From: an uncultured Verrucomicrobiota bacterium | GTDB lineage: Bacteria; Verrucomicrobiota; Verrucomicrobiia; Verrucomicrobiales; Verrucomicrobiaceae | Length of the DNA: 64,000 nt | Assembly: GCA_903960845.1 (NCBI GenBank) | Contig: CAJCCF010000198.1 | Location: 4,338-68,337 of the forward strand | Direction of reading: 5' to 3' | Part shown: piece by piece, positions 1 to 10,075 of the stretch | How the letters are laid out: every line of letters starts with the position of its first letter | How positions within the stretch are numbered: position 1 is the first letter of the stretch | Translations under genes and position numbers: made by a program | Notes under the pieces: generated by a model | Told to the model about the DNA's origin: nothing | The model's database searches: none | The model's input: only the letters and a program-made list of their open reading frames with translations

Positions 1-329
1 TCGTAATCCACCGGGTCCAGTTTCATGAGCACCTCGTCTTTGGCAAAGAAACCACCGGGGCGGAAGGACGCGCTCATTTCAATGATCTTGCCACTCACCT
101 CCGGCAGCAGCGTGCTGCGCGTGCGGGGTTGCACGGTGCCCTGTGAGCGCACATGGAGTTCGTAGCTGGTTTTGTGCAGCGCCGTGCCTTCGACCCGCAC
201 CAGACTGGGCGGCACCTCGACCTTGGGTTGCTCCGGCGGGTGAGCGATCAACCACCAGGCGGCATAACCGCAGCCGCCCAAAATCAGGACAGGCAACAGG
301 GCACGGAAGATGGATTGAAGGAGTCGCAT
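1..329 (-). CDS. RND efflux periplasmic adaptor (membrane fusion protein), N-terminal part; runs off the window edge
   Basis: Manual translation from ATG at 329: MRLLQSIFRALLPVLILGGCGYAAWW...VRSQGTVQPRTRSTLLPEVSGKII...FFAKDEVLMKLDPVDY. Has an N-terminal TM anchor and the lipoyl-like half motif of MFPs. Not in the ORF track. Confidence 0.8.
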   Translation of the reverse strand, partial: MRLLQSIFRALLPVLILGGCGYAAWWLIAHPPEQPKVEVPPSLVRVEGTALHKTSYELHVRSQGTVQPRTRSTLLPEVSGKIIEMSASFRPGGFFAKDEVLMKLDPVDY

Positions 330-401
330 CGGGGGGCGGGAGACTTAAACGCTCCTGCATCGCTCAAGATTCGGAATTTGTCGAACGGAGGAAAGAGACG
401 G

Positions 402-1067
402 TCACAGCATCGTGTGTTCCAGACCCTGAACTTCCTTCTTCACCAGGGCTCCGACGCGATGTTTGGCGAGATAGACCTGTGCGGCGTTGATGCCGAGAGC
501 TTCGCTGGTTTTCTTCACCCCCCAGCCCTTCATCACATAACAGTCGAAAATTTGAAACTGACGCGGCGATACCTTGGCCTTCACCCGCTCCAGTGCGGCG
601 GAAGTGATGTTGTCCCGCCATTCTTTGTCCCAGATGCTTTCGAGCAGGTTATCCTTGTCGTTGGAAAGGCGTTCCAGAGCGTAGTTTGAGGTTTCCTCAC
701 TGTCGGCATTTCCCTGATCGGCCAGAGAGGGTTGGCGCTTGCGGGCGCGGAAAACATCCAGAACGCGCCAGCGGGTCATTTGCAGCAGCCAGGCCTTGAA
801 CGAACCGGCGCGGGGGTCGTACTGCCCCTTCTGCACCTGACGGGCGATGGCAATGGTCGTCTCCTGAATGACATCAAAGGCCTCTTCCCGGGTCAATCCC
901 GCCTTGGTGGCCACACTGTAGATGAGGCGCCAGTAAGTCTGGTAAAACTCATTCCAGGTCTTCTGGTCTTCCCAGTTGTTGAGACGCTCGATCAGGCTTT
1001 TGCGGGTTTTCTCCCACAAGCCTTTTTCCTTTTTGATCTCTTCGGGGATGTCCGGTGTTTCCTCCAT
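402..1067 (-). CDS. ECF RNA polymerase sigma-70 factor
   Basis: Region 2 (EAFDVIQET...GSFKAWLLQMTRWRVLD) and region 4 (SPRQFQIF...LGINAAQVYLAKHRV). The TRxSLIxRL N-terminus is typical of PVC-group ECFs. Confidence 0.9.
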   Translation of the reverse strand: MEETPDIPEEIKKEKGLWEKTRKSLIERLNNWEDQKTWNEFYQTYWRLIYSVATKAGLTREEAFDVIQETTIAIARQVQKGQYDPRAGSFKAWLLQMTRWRVLDVFRARKRQPSLADQGNADSEETSNYALERLSNDKDNLLESIWDKEWRDNITSAALERVKAKVSPRQFQIFDCYVMKGWGVKKTSEALGINAAQVYLAKHRVGALVKKEVQGLEHTML

Positions 1068-1257
1068 CGTGCCCGATTGTCAACGGTTTGCCGCCCATGT
1101 CAAACTGCGACTCAGGCCCCCGTCTGCCCGCACTGAAAAAGGATTTCTATCGTGGAATCTTTGCGTGACCAGTGACCTTGAGGCCGGGCATCACGGGCGA
1201 TGGCCCCGGGTGCCGGGCGGCCCTTTGTGTCGTTCATGGATCCTGAGAGGTCGCTCA

Positions 1258-2064
1258 TTACCAGCTCAGCTTCAGCCCGTCATAAGCAAGCTGCACACCT
1301 TCGGGCAGCAGCGGTTCATCCCGTACGTGCATGATCTCGCATTGCAGGTGTGTGAAAAAGGTGCGGCGCGGTTTGAGCCGGGCCTGCACGGTCAGGGCTT
1401 CGGCAAAATTCATGTGGGTGGGATGCTCGGTGTGGCGCAGGGCGTCGATGATGAGCGTGTCCACGCCTTCAAGGGCGGCCATTGTCTCCGGTTGCAGCAC
1501 TTTCGCGTCAGGCAAATAGGCGCAGTGTTTCAGGCCATGACGGGTGAAGAGATAGCCGATGCACTCCACTTTTCCGTGCAGCACGGGCAGTGGTGTCACC
1601 AGCGTCTCGCCCAAGTGAAAGGGGCCGTAAATGGGCTTTGGAAAAGGTTTCAGGTAGCCGCGATACCTGTTCTCACCGCTGAAGGCATACTCAAACATCC
1701 GCTCCAGCACGGCCAGGCAGGAGGGCATGGCATAGACCGGCATGTAGGCATCTGCCGGGATGGTGAAGCGCCGCAACTCGTCGAATCCCGTCAAGTGATC
1801 CATGTGCGGATGGGTGTAGATCGCGGCATCCAGGTGGCGGATGCCGGCGCGCAGGCACTGCGTGCGGAAATCTGGACCGGTGTCCACCACCCAGCTCATT
1901 TCCGGCGTGCTGAGCCAAATGCTGGAGCGCAGGCGCTTGTCGCGCGGGTCCATGCTCCTGCACACTTCGCAGTCACAGCCGATCATCGGGATGCCGACGG
2001 AAGTGCCGGTGCCAAGAAAGGTGAGGGTGAAATCTGATGCGGATGAAGCAGCCACAAATTGCAC
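1258..2064 (-). CDS. MBL-fold metallo-hydrolase (PhnP/YycJ-like phosphodiesterase)
   Basis: FLGTGTSVGIP, VDTGPDFRTQ, THPHMDHLTG and THL motifs. Start uncertain (GTG near 2055-2064). Confidence 0.85.
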   Translation of the reverse strand: MQFVAASSASDFTLTFLGTGTSVGIPMIGCDCEVCRSMDPRDKRLRSSIWLSTPEMSWVVDTGPDFRTQCLRAGIRHLDAAIYTHPHMDHLTGFDELRRFTIPADAYMPVYAMPSCLAVLERMFEYAFSGENRYRGYLKPFPKPIYGPFHLGETLVTPLPVLHGKVECIGYLFTRHGLKHCAYLPDAKVLQPETMAALEGVDTLIIDALRHTEHPTHMNFAEALTVQARLKPRRTFFTHLQCEIMHVRDEPLLPEGVQLAYDGLKLSW

Positions 2065-2126
2065 ATAGAGCACAAAGATTTGAAACCAAATCGAATTTTC
2101 TCTGTGCTCTTGGTCTTCTCTGTGGC
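2051..2126. repeat. Imperfect palindromic intergenic element (GCCACA...GAGCACAAAG / TCTGTGCTCT...TGTGGC)
   Basis: Arms 2051-2078 and 2099-2126 are reverse complements at about 20/28 positions (counted by eye). Confidence 0.55.
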
Positions 2127-2138
2127 TATGCCTCAACC

Positions 2139-2933
2139 ATGACGGAATCCTATCTCCAGCGCTTTGGCGGCATCGCCCGACTCTACGGCACCGCCGCCCT
2201 GCCGCGCCTGCATCAGGCCCGTGTGGCGGTGATCGGTGTCGGTGGTGTTGGTTCCTGGGTGATTGAGGCGCTGGCCCGCAGTGGCGTCGGCTCGCTGACT
2301 CTCATCGACATGGATGACGTGTGCATCACCAACACCAACCGCCAGCTTCCGGCCCTGGCTCACACCATCGGCAGGCCCAAGGTCGGTGTGCTGGCTGATC
2401 GCGTCCGCGAGATCAATCCCGAGTGCGACGTCAGCGCCGTGCCGGAGTTTTTTCTGGAAACCAGTGCCGATCGTCTGCTGGCACCCGGTTTTGATGTCCT
2501 CGTCGATGCCGTGGACAGCACGGGCATCAAGGCCCTGATCATCGCCAAAGCCCGCGCACTCGGTGTTCCGGTCGTCGTTTCAGGCAGCGCAGGCGGGCGC
2601 CGCGATCCGACCCAGATCAAGGTCACCGATCTCGGCCTGGCCGGGGCCGATGAACTCATCAAGCAGTTGCGGCGTCGTCTGCGCGATGAGCACGGTTTTC
2701 CGAAAAGCCCCGACGGGCTTGCCATGCACTGGGGGGTGCGTTGTGTTTTTTCCACCGAAAAGGCCGTGTATCCGCAGCCCGATGGCACTTGCTCCAGCCT
2801 GAGGGATCCGGAGGCCGAAAACGGTCTCCGCCTCGATTGTGCCGCCGGTTTTGGAGCCGCCACGCAGGTGACTGGCGCTTTCGGGTTCACCATTGCTGCC
2901 GAGGTGCTGCGGATTGTGACGGGTCTGGCTTGA
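2139..2933 (+). CDS. tcdA: tRNA threonylcarbamoyladenosine dehydratase (ThiF/E1-like)
   Basis: RFGGIARLYG, GVGGVGSW, DMDDVCITNTNRQL, SAGGRRDP, CVFSTE, LDCAAGFGA motifs. Confidence 0.88.
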   Translation: MTESYLQRFGGIARLYGTAALPRLHQARVAVIGVGGVGSWVIEALARSGVGSLTLIDMDDVCITNTNRQLPALAHTIGRPKVGVLADRVREINPECDVSAVPEFFLETSADRLLAPGFDVLVDAVDSTGIKALIIAKARALGVPVVVSGSAGGRRDPTQIKVTDLGLAGADELIKQLRRRLRDEHGFPKSPDGLAMHWGVRCVFSTEKAVYPQPDGTCSSLRDPEAENGLRLDCAAGFGAATQVTGAFGFTIAAEVLRIVTGLA

Positions 2934-3032
2934 GAAATGACTCTCAGTAAATCTGCCCATTGCCGAGAGCCCGCCGGGTGGTAGCTTTGCCGCCTTGTGC
3001 CACCCGGCACTTCCTTATCCGTCACTTTCTTC

Positions 3033-4535
3033 ATGTCCTGGCTCTCCTCTCTCGGCTCCGTTGGTTCTGTCCTCCGCGTCATCATCCTCGTCATTGAGGT
3101 GCTGTTCGTCTTCAACCTGATGATTCTCGTCCATGAATGGGGCCACTTCCTGGCCGCACGCTGGCGCGGACTGAAGGTGGATGCCTTTTACATCTGGTTC
3201 GGGAAACCTCTCTGGAAGAAGACCATCAACGGTGTCGAATACGGACTGGGCTGCATCCCGGCAGGCGGCTTTGTGAAGCTCCCGCAGATGGCTCCCATGG
3301 ATGCCATCGAAGGCGGCAGCATGTCGGATGAACCGCTGCCACCGATCAAACCTTTGGACAAGATCATCGTCGCTTTTGCCGGTCCCTTGTTCAGCTTTGG
3401 TCTGGCCTGCACCTTTGCCCTGCTGGTGAGCTGGCTGGGCAAGCCGCAGACCGAATCCTTTGTCACCACCACCATTGGTTATGTCGCCGCAGACAGTCCG
3501 GCGGCAAAAGCGGGTCTCAAAGTTGGCGACAACATTCTCCGCATCGACGGCGCGCCGATCCGCCGCTTTGAAGGTTTCGTGGACAGCGTGCGCTGGGGCA
3601 TCATTTCGAGTGAGGGAAAGAGCATCGACTTTGAAGTCGAGCGTGACGGCAAATTGCTGCCAGCGATCCCCGTCGCGTCGGAATGGCCGGATTTGGATGA
3701 AGAGAAACACGCCTGGTGGGAGGTCATCTTCAAGCGCCCGGCGCTGCGTGAAGTGGGCATCTCAGGCAAAGAAACGCCAATGGTCGGCAAAGTGCAGGCG
3801 GACAGCCCTGCCGCAGAGGCTGGATTGCTGGCGAATGACGAATTGCTCAAGGTGGACGGACTGCCGCTCTTCACCCGTGTTCAGCTCGCCGACTACCTGG
3901 AAAACAAATCAGGCCAGCTGGTGAAACTCACCGTGCGCCGTGCTGGAAAAGAGCTCTCAATCAGCCTGACACCGCGAGTCCCTGATAAGCATCCGGCGGA
4001 CTTCACGCGTCCCATGGCAGGCATCGTCTGGCATGCCACCGGCGAGCGTAAGCTGGCCTATCCATCCGTCAGGGAGCAGATCTCCGATGCGGCGCGCAGC
4101 ATGGCCAGCATGATCAGCAAGCTGGTATGGTCCAATTCAGACATCAGCCCCGCGCACATGAGCGGCCCGGTTGGCATCGGCCGCGTGTATTACAATCTCC
4201 TCCAGGACCCCGCCGCCCTGCTCCAGATCCTGTGGTTCAGCGTCGTTCTGAACGTGAACCTCGCCATCATGAACATGCTGCCCTTCCCGGTGCTGGATGG
4301 CGGGCACATCACGATGGCCATCGCCGAGGCCATCCGCCGCCGCCCGCTCCACTCGCGCGTTCTCGAATGGGTCCAGACCGCCTGCGCTCTCACGCTTTTC
4401 GGCTTCCTCATCTTTGTGACGCTCAAAGACACGGGAGACATCTTCATGGGTGGCGGCAAGAAGGCAAGTTCACTGGAAGAATTTGGCTGGCTGCCTGCTG
4501 ATAAGCGCGCGCCTGCGAAGTTGCCTGTGAAGTAA
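3033..4535 (+). CDS. rseP: RIP (site-2) zinc metalloprotease with two PDZ domains
   Basis: HEWGH, GGFVKL, AGP and NMLPFPVLDGG motifs; two PDZ repeats (DSPAAKAGL, DSPAAEAGL). Confidence 0.93.
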   Translation: MSWLSSLGSVGSVLRVIILVIEVLFVFNLMILVHEWGHFLAARWRGLKVDAFYIWFGKPLWKKTINGVEYGLGCIPAGGFVKLPQMAPMDAIEGGSMSDEPLPPIKPLDKIIVAFAGPLFSFGLACTFALLVSWLGKPQTESFVTTTIGYVAADSPAAKAGLKVGDNILRIDGAPIRRFEGFVDSVRWGIISSEGKSIDFEVERDGKLLPAIPVASEWPDLDEEKHAWWEVIFKRPALREVGISGKETPMVGKVQADSPAAEAGLLANDELLKVDGLPLFTRVQLADYLENKSGQLVKLTVRRAGKELSISLTPRVPDKHPADFTRPMAGIVWHATGERKLAYPSVREQISDAARSMASMISKLVWSNSDISPAHMSGPVGIGRVYYNLLQDPAALLQILWFSVVLNVNLAIMNMLPFPVLDGGHITMAIAEAIRRRPLHSRVLEWVQTACALTLFGFLIFVTLKDTGDIFMGGGKKASSLEEFGWLPADKRAPAKLPVK

Positions 4536-4589
4536 AGCAGACGGGTTCCCGATTGCAGACTCTTCGCATTGAGGTTTCATGGTGCCCAC

Positions 4590-6407
4590 ATGTCTTTGAC
4601 CGCCCTGCTTCGCTACTGCCCCGATCTCTATCACTACCAACGCCGCGAAACTCGCGTCTGCATGGTCGGCAATGTGGGCATCGGCGGGAACAATCCGATC
4701 CGTGTTCAATCCATGCTTACCAGCGACACGCGCGATGCCGCGGCGTGTGTGAAGGAGGCGCTCGAACTCGCCGCCGCCGGCTGTGAAATCGTCCGCGTCA
4801 CGGCCCAGACGCGTGTCATCGCCGAGAACCTCCAGCACATCCGCGATGGCATCCGCGCCTCAGGCTGTGATGTGCCGCTCGTTGCCGACATTCATTTCAA
4901 GCCTGACGCAGCAATGGAAGCTGTGAAGTGGGTCGAAAAGGTGCGTGTCAATCCGGGCAACTATGCCGACAAGAAGAAGTTCGCGGTCAAGGAATACACT
5001 GACGAACAGTACGCTGAAGAGGTCCGCTACATGGAGGAACAGTTCGTGCCCCTCGTGCAGGACTGCAAGCGTCTGGGACGTGCCATGCGCATCGGCACCA
5101 ATCACGGTTCACTCAGCGACCGCATCATGAACCGCCACGGCGATACGCCGCACGGCATGGTGGAAAGCGCGTTGGAGTTTGCCCGCATCGCCCGGGCGAA
5201 TGATTACCACAATTTTCTGTTCTCGATGAAGGCCAGCAACCCGAAGGTCATGATCGAGGCCTATCGACTCCTGGTGGCGCACCTGAACGCGCTTGGCAGC
5301 GACTGGAATTACCCGATCCATCTCGGTGTCACCGAGGCTGGCGACGGTGAGGACGGTCGCATCAAGAGCGCCATCGGCATCGGTTCCCTGCTCGCGGACG
5401 GCATCGGCGATACCGTGCGCGTTTCACTGACGGAGGATGCCATTCATGAGATCCCGGTGGCAAGGGCGTTGGTCGCATCGGTGCAGCGGGATGTGTTCAT
5501 TGATCAGTGCCTGGTGCTGAGTCAGCCTCCGCCGGTGAGCTATGATCCGTTCAGTTACAGCCGCCGCGCAACCGAACGTCTAACCATCAACGGTATCGAC
5601 GTGGGCCGTGGCGCGACGGCCGCCGTTTTCACCAGTCGCCAGAAATGGGACGCTCTCGCCCACAAGTTGGACAAGCTTGGCGATTATCAACCCGAGATCG
5701 TGATCGAGGACAGCGGCATCATCGCCCTTGATCCCTGTGATGATGCCGCAGTGCAGTCCGTGAACACATCCGCCGAGGCCAGGCTTGTCACCATCGCTGA
5801 TGGCACCGCGCTCCATCCGGTTCACGCTTTCCGTCTGCTCGCGGCCAAGCTTGACCCGCGTCATCCCATCCTGTTGAAGGACACTTTCACTCCGCCTAAA
5901 CACCAGGCACCCAACACTTCCGATTCTGAAAGCACGGAAGGTTTCCTCTCCAATCTCCTCCGCGCCGCCACCAACCTTGGCAGCCTGCTTTGTGATGGCA
6001 TCGGTGATGCGGTGATCGTGCAGGGCGAGACTGCGCCGGGCCAGTCGTTGCGCATCAGTTACAACATCCTGCAGGCCGCCGGTGTCCGCATTTTCAAAAC
6101 TGATTATGTGGCCTGTCCGAGCTGCGGGCGCACACTTTTCAATCTGCAAAACACCACGCAGAAGATCCGTGCATCCACCGGCCATCTCAAAGGCGTGCGC
6201 ATCGCCGTCATGGGCTGCATCGTCAATGGCCCCGGCGAAATGGCGGATGCCGACTTCGGCTACGTCGGCGGCGCACCAGGCAAGATCAATCTCTACGTCG
6301 GCAAGACCGCCGTGAAGTTCAATATTCCCGAGGAGGAAGCCGTCGAGCGTCTGGTGGACCTCATCAAGGAGCATGGTCGCTGGTTTGAGGCACCGGTGGC
6401 GGCATAG
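4590..6407 (+). CDS. ispG: (E)-4-hydroxy-3-methylbut-2-enyl-diphosphate synthase, long three-domain form
   Basis: PIRVQSM, PLVADIHF, RIGTNHGSL, HLGVTEAG, CPSCGRT, MGCIVNGPGE motifs, with an inserted middle domain. Confidence 0.96.
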   Translation: MSLTALLRYCPDLYHYQRRETRVCMVGNVGIGGNNPIRVQSMLTSDTRDAAACVKEALELAAAGCEIVRVTAQTRVIAENLQHIRDGIRASGCDVPLVADIHFKPDAAMEAVKWVEKVRVNPGNYADKKKFAVKEYTDEQYAEEVRYMEEQFVPLVQDCKRLGRAMRIGTNHGSLSDRIMNRHGDTPHGMVESALEFARIARANDYHNFLFSMKASNPKVMIEAYRLLVAHLNALGSDWNYPIHLGVTEAGDGEDGRIKSAIGIGSLLADGIGDTVRVSLTEDAIHEIPVARALVASVQRDVFIDQCLVLSQPPPVSYDPFSYSRRATERLTINGIDVGRGATAAVFTSRQKWDALAHKLDKLGDYQPEIVIEDSGIIALDPCDDAAVQSVNTSAEARLVTIADGTALHPVHAFRLLAAKLDPRHPILLKDTFTPPKHQAPNTSDSESTEGFLSNLLRAATNLGSLLCDGIGDAVIVQGETAPGQSLRISYNILQAAGVRIFKTDYVACPSCGRTLFNLQNTTQKIRASTGHLKGVRIAVMGCIVNGPGEMADADFGYVGGAPGKINLYVGKTAVKFNIPEEEAVERLVDLIKEHGRWFEAPVAA

Positions 6408-6486
6408 ATTCATGGCTGATCGAATTGCCGGCAGTTCAGAAATCCTCATGCATCCGCGCGCGGCTTGCAGTATGTGAGGCCGCGAC

Positions 6487-8595
6487 ATGCCGTTCACTGC
6501 TATCTATCCACCGCCATCGCCCGGAACTGTTCTTACAGGGGCGGGTGTGCATTTTAGTGTCTTCTCCCGTCATGCCACCGCCCTGGATCTCTGCCTCTTC
6601 GATCAGGCGGATCCCGCCTGTGAAACCGCGCGGGTGCGCATGGTGAGGACGGAATCGGATCTCTGGCATGCCTTTGTTCCTGGAGTGAAAGCAGGTCAGC
6701 TCTATGGCTACCGCGCCCATGGTCCGTGGATGCCTGCAAACGCCTTGCGCTACAATGCCAACAAGCTCCTGCTTGATCCCTATGCCCGGGCCATCGCCGG
6801 CGACCCGTCAGCCCATGGCACGATGCTCAGCACAAACGGCCCGCATGCCTTTCCGGGCGCTTTTGACAATGGACCGGAAGCCCTTAAATCGGTCGTGATC
6901 GACGGCAGCCATGACTGGCAGGATGACTGTCTGCCGCGGGTTCCCTGGCAGGACATGATCATCTATGAACTGCACGTCAAAGGCTTCACCCAAACGCATC
7001 CCTCGGTCCCCGCTGAACTTCGCGGCACCTACGCTGGGCTGGCTCATCCGTCGGTGATCAGCTATCTGCGGGATCTGGGCATCACGAGCCTGCAGTTGCT
7101 GCCTGTGCATCAGCATCTCGATGACCAGTTCCTGCTCGACAAAGGCCTAACTAATTACTGGGGATACAACACCATCGGCTTCTTTGCCCCCCATTCCGAA
7201 TACGCCAGCACCCGCGATCCGCAGGGGATGATTCGCGAGTTCAAGGACATGGTCAGGGCATTTCATGCCGCCGGCATCGAAGTCATCCTTGATGTCGTTT
7301 ACAACCACACCGCCGAAGGTTCCGAAAGCGGTCCGACGATCATGCTGCGCGGGCTCGATGACCGCATGTATTACCGCCACACTTTCGACGAGCATGGGGC
7401 CGGTTACATCAATGTCACCGGTTGTGGCAATGCGGTGGACACGGCGAGTCCACCCGCTCTGCGCATGGTCATGGACAGCCTGCGCTACTGGGTCACCGAG
7501 ATGCATGTGGACGGTTTCCGCTTCGATCTCGCCGTGACGGTCGGTCGTGATCAACACGATAACTTTGACGCCAACAGCCAGTTCCTCGCCGCCGTGGCCC
7601 AGGATCCTATTCTGTCCCGGGTGAAGCTCATTGCCGAGCCCTGGGACGTCATGCGGATGGACAGCTATCAGGTCGGCGCATTTCCCGAGCCATGGCGTGA
7701 GCTCAACGGTAAATACCGCGACACAGTGCGCCGTTTCTGGGCTGGCGAAGAAGGCAGCACCGCTGAGTTTGCCAAGCGCATCTGTGGCAGTCAGGACATC
7801 TATGGCGTCACCCTGCGGTCCGCGCTCAGCAGCGTGAATTTCCTGACCTCGCATGACGGACTCACCCTGCTGGATCTCGTCAGCTATGCCAGCAAGCACA
7901 ATGAGGCCAATGGCGAAAACAATCGTGACGGTGATGACCATAATCACAGCGTCAATTGCGGTGTCGAAGGTGCTTCCGATGATCCCGTAGTTCTGCATCT
8001 CCGCGCCTGCAGGACTCGCAGCCTCATGGCCACACTGATGACTTCGGTCGGCGTGCCGTTCATCAACGCCGGCGATGAGCGTGGTCGCACACAACAAGGC
8101 AACAATAACGCCTACTGTCAGGACAGTGAGATCAGTTGGGTCGATTGGAGCACCTGTGATGAGCAGATGCTCGACTTCACCCGCCGCATCATTGCTCTGC
8201 GCCGAAGCACGCCGGAATTAAGGCGGACGCACTTTTTTGATGGAGCCTACAATCCGGTCACTGGTTTGCCTGATGTCGTCTGGCTTGAGGGCCAGGGATC
8301 GCTGCTCTGCCATGACGAATGGCATGATCCATCACGGACGGTTTTTGGTGCGATCATTTCTGCGGATCCACCGCTGGTTTTCCTGTTCAATCGCGGAGAA
8401 ATGCCCCAAGTCTTCAAGCTGCCTGGCGATGCGCAATGCCGCTGGGACATTGTTTACGACACTGCCCGGAGTCCATCCTTTCCAAATGGTGCCGAGCTCC
8501 TGTTGCAAGGGGGGCGACATCATTTATTGAAAGCCCACAGCCTCGTCTGTCTTCGGCTTGCCGCCGGGCGTTTGGAGTTGCCGGTTGCCTGCTGA
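6487..8595 (+). CDS. glgX: Glycogen debranching enzyme (GH13 isoamylase)
   Basis: LLLDPYA, IYELHVKGFT, NYWGYN, DVVYNHT, DGFRFDLA, AEPWD, SHDG and GNNNAYCQD motifs. Confidence 0.95.
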   Translation: MPFTAIYPPPSPGTVLTGAGVHFSVFSRHATALDLCLFDQADPACETARVRMVRTESDLWHAFVPGVKAGQLYGYRAHGPWMPANALRYNANKLLLDPYARAIAGDPSAHGTMLSTNGPHAFPGAFDNGPEALKSVVIDGSHDWQDDCLPRVPWQDMIIYELHVKGFTQTHPSVPAELRGTYAGLAHPSVISYLRDLGITSLQLLPVHQHLDDQFLLDKGLTNYWGYNTIGFFAPHSEYASTRDPQGMIREFKDMVRAFHAAGIEVILDVVYNHTAEGSESGPTIMLRGLDDRMYYRHTFDEHGAGYINVTGCGNAVDTASPPALRMVMDSLRYWVTEMHVDGFRFDLAVTVGRDQHDNFDANSQFLAAVAQDPILSRVKLIAEPWDVMRMDSYQVGAFPEPWRELNGKYRDTVRRFWAGEEGSTAEFAKRICGSQDIYGVTLRSALSSVNFLTSHDGLTLLDLVSYASKHNEANGENNRDGDDHNHSVNCGVEGASDDPVVLHLRACRTRSLMATLMTSVGVPFINAGDERGRTQQGNNNAYCQDSEISWVDWSTCDEQMLDFTRRIIALRRSTPELRRTHFFDGAYNPVTGLPDVVWLEGQGSLLCHDEWHDPSRTVFGAIISADPPLVFLFNRGEMPQVFKLPGDAQCRWDIVYDTARSPSFPNGAELLLQGGRHHLLKAHSLVCLRLAAGRLELPVAC

Positions 8596-8644
8596 AACAA
8601 GGAGCATCATTGCCAGTCCATCTGTGGCCATGTATCCTTGGCGC

Positions 8645-10075
8645 ATGAAATTCATGTTTCTCTGGTTTTGCCTTTTTTCGACTGTCCTGCCGCTGCTTGC
8701 TGGCAGTGCCAGTTACTCGGGCAAGGTGGTCATCATCCCTGTCGGTGAAGAGGATCTCGTTTCACGCGCCCGGTTTGAGTTCATGTCCCGCACGCTTGAG
8801 CGCTGCTCTGTCGAGGGTGCCGAAGCTGTCATCTTCGATCTCGACACGCCCGGCGGGTTGCTTTGGGACACGGTGGAGTTGATGATGAATGACTTGCAGA
8901 AACTCAAGCCGCGCAGTTTTGCCTTTGTCAATCCGCGCGCGCTTTCCGCCGGAGCCATGATCGCTGTGGCCACTGATGCCATTTACATGGCCCCCACCAG
9001 CAGCGCCGGTGCCGCATCGCCCGTATATGGCAGTGGTCAGGAAATGGGCGATGCTGAACGCGCCAAGATGAACTCCGCCACCATGGGCATGGCCCGTGCC
9101 GTGGCAAAACGCAAAGGCCATAATCCTGCCGTCATCGAGGCCATGATCGACATGGGCAAGGAACTCAAGATCAACGGCAGGATCATCGACAGCAAAAAAG
9201 AAATCCTCACCCTCGATGCCGAAGAGGCGGTGCAACTCGTGGATGGGAAACCACTCTTCGCCAAAGCCATCGTCAAGAACCTGGATGAGGTCAAGAGGGC
9301 CGAATCGCTCAAAGGCGCCAGCGTGACTGCCGAACCAACTTTGTTTGAGCAGATCGCCATCTGGGTCACCAAATATGCTTCCATCCTCATCCTGATCGGC
9401 GTGGCTGGTGGCTATCTCGAAATGCAGGCTCCCGGTTTTGGCCTGCCTGGCTGTGTTTCCATCGCCGCGTTCTCACTCTTCTTCTTCGGGCATTATGTGG
9501 CGGGCAGCCTTGTCGGTCAGGAGACCGCCGTGGCGGCTGGCATCTTCCTCATCGGTATCGTTTTCATCATCCTTGAGATCTTGGTCTTTCCCGGCACCAT
9601 TTTGCCCGGACTCATCGGTTTTGCCTGTGTGATGACCGCTCTGGTTTACACCATGTCCGGCTGGGAGATGCCTGTATCGCCTCTGCCATCTGAAGGGACA
9701 GCACCTGCTGGCTTTGATTTCAATCTCGCCACCTATGCACTCGGTCTGCGCAACTTTGCCACCGGCATCATCGGTGCCGCTGTCGTCATCCTTGCTGCCG
9801 CGCGCTTCCTTCCGCAAACGGCTCCCTTCCGGCGCATGATGCTCTCTGCCACCGCTGGAGGCACCCTGGATTCCACTCCAGCCATGACCGCCTCACGCTC
9901 CGTGCAAGCAGGTGATGCAGGCCGCGCGATCAGCGCGCTCCGACCTTACGGCACCGTTCAATTCGGCAATCTACGCATCGAAGCCATGGTTGAAGGCGGC
10001 TACCTCCAAAGCGGCACCGAAGTGCGTGTTCGTGAAGTCCAAGGCGTGCGCATCATCGTCGAAGCACTGGCTTAA
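8645..10075 (+). CDS. Long-form NfeD family membrane serine protease
   Basis: Signal peptide, DTPGG and ALSAGAMIA (ClpP-like domain), TM block with PGFGLPG, C-terminal OB fold (SALRPYG). Confidence 0.88.
   Translation: MKFMFLWFCLFSTVLPLLAGSASYSGKVVIIPVGEEDLVSRARFEFMSRTLERCSVEGAEAVIFDLDTPGGLLWDTVELMMNDLQKLKPRSFAFVNPRALSAGAMIAVATDAIYMAPTSSAGAASPVYGSGQEMGDAERAKMNSATMGMARAVAKRKGHNPAVIEAMIDMGKELKINGRIIDSKKEILTLDAEEAVQLVDGKPLFAKAIVKNLDEVKRAESLKGASVTAEPTLFEQIAIWVTKYASILILIGVAGGYLEMQAPGFGLPGCVSIAAFSLFFFGHYVAGSLVGQETAVAAGIFLIGIVFIILEILVFPGTILPGLIGFACVMTALVYTMSGWEMPVSPLPSEGTAPAGFDFNLATYALGLRNFATGIIGAAVVILAAARFLPQTAPFRRMMLSATAGGTLDSTPAMTASRSVQAGDAGRAISALRPYGTVQFGNLRIEAMVEGGYLQSGTEVRVREVQGVRIIVEALA

Noticed and set aside
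4590-6407. Extra middle domain of IspG as a novelty
   Set aside because: Three-domain IspG is established in plants, Chlamydiae and several other bacterial phyla.
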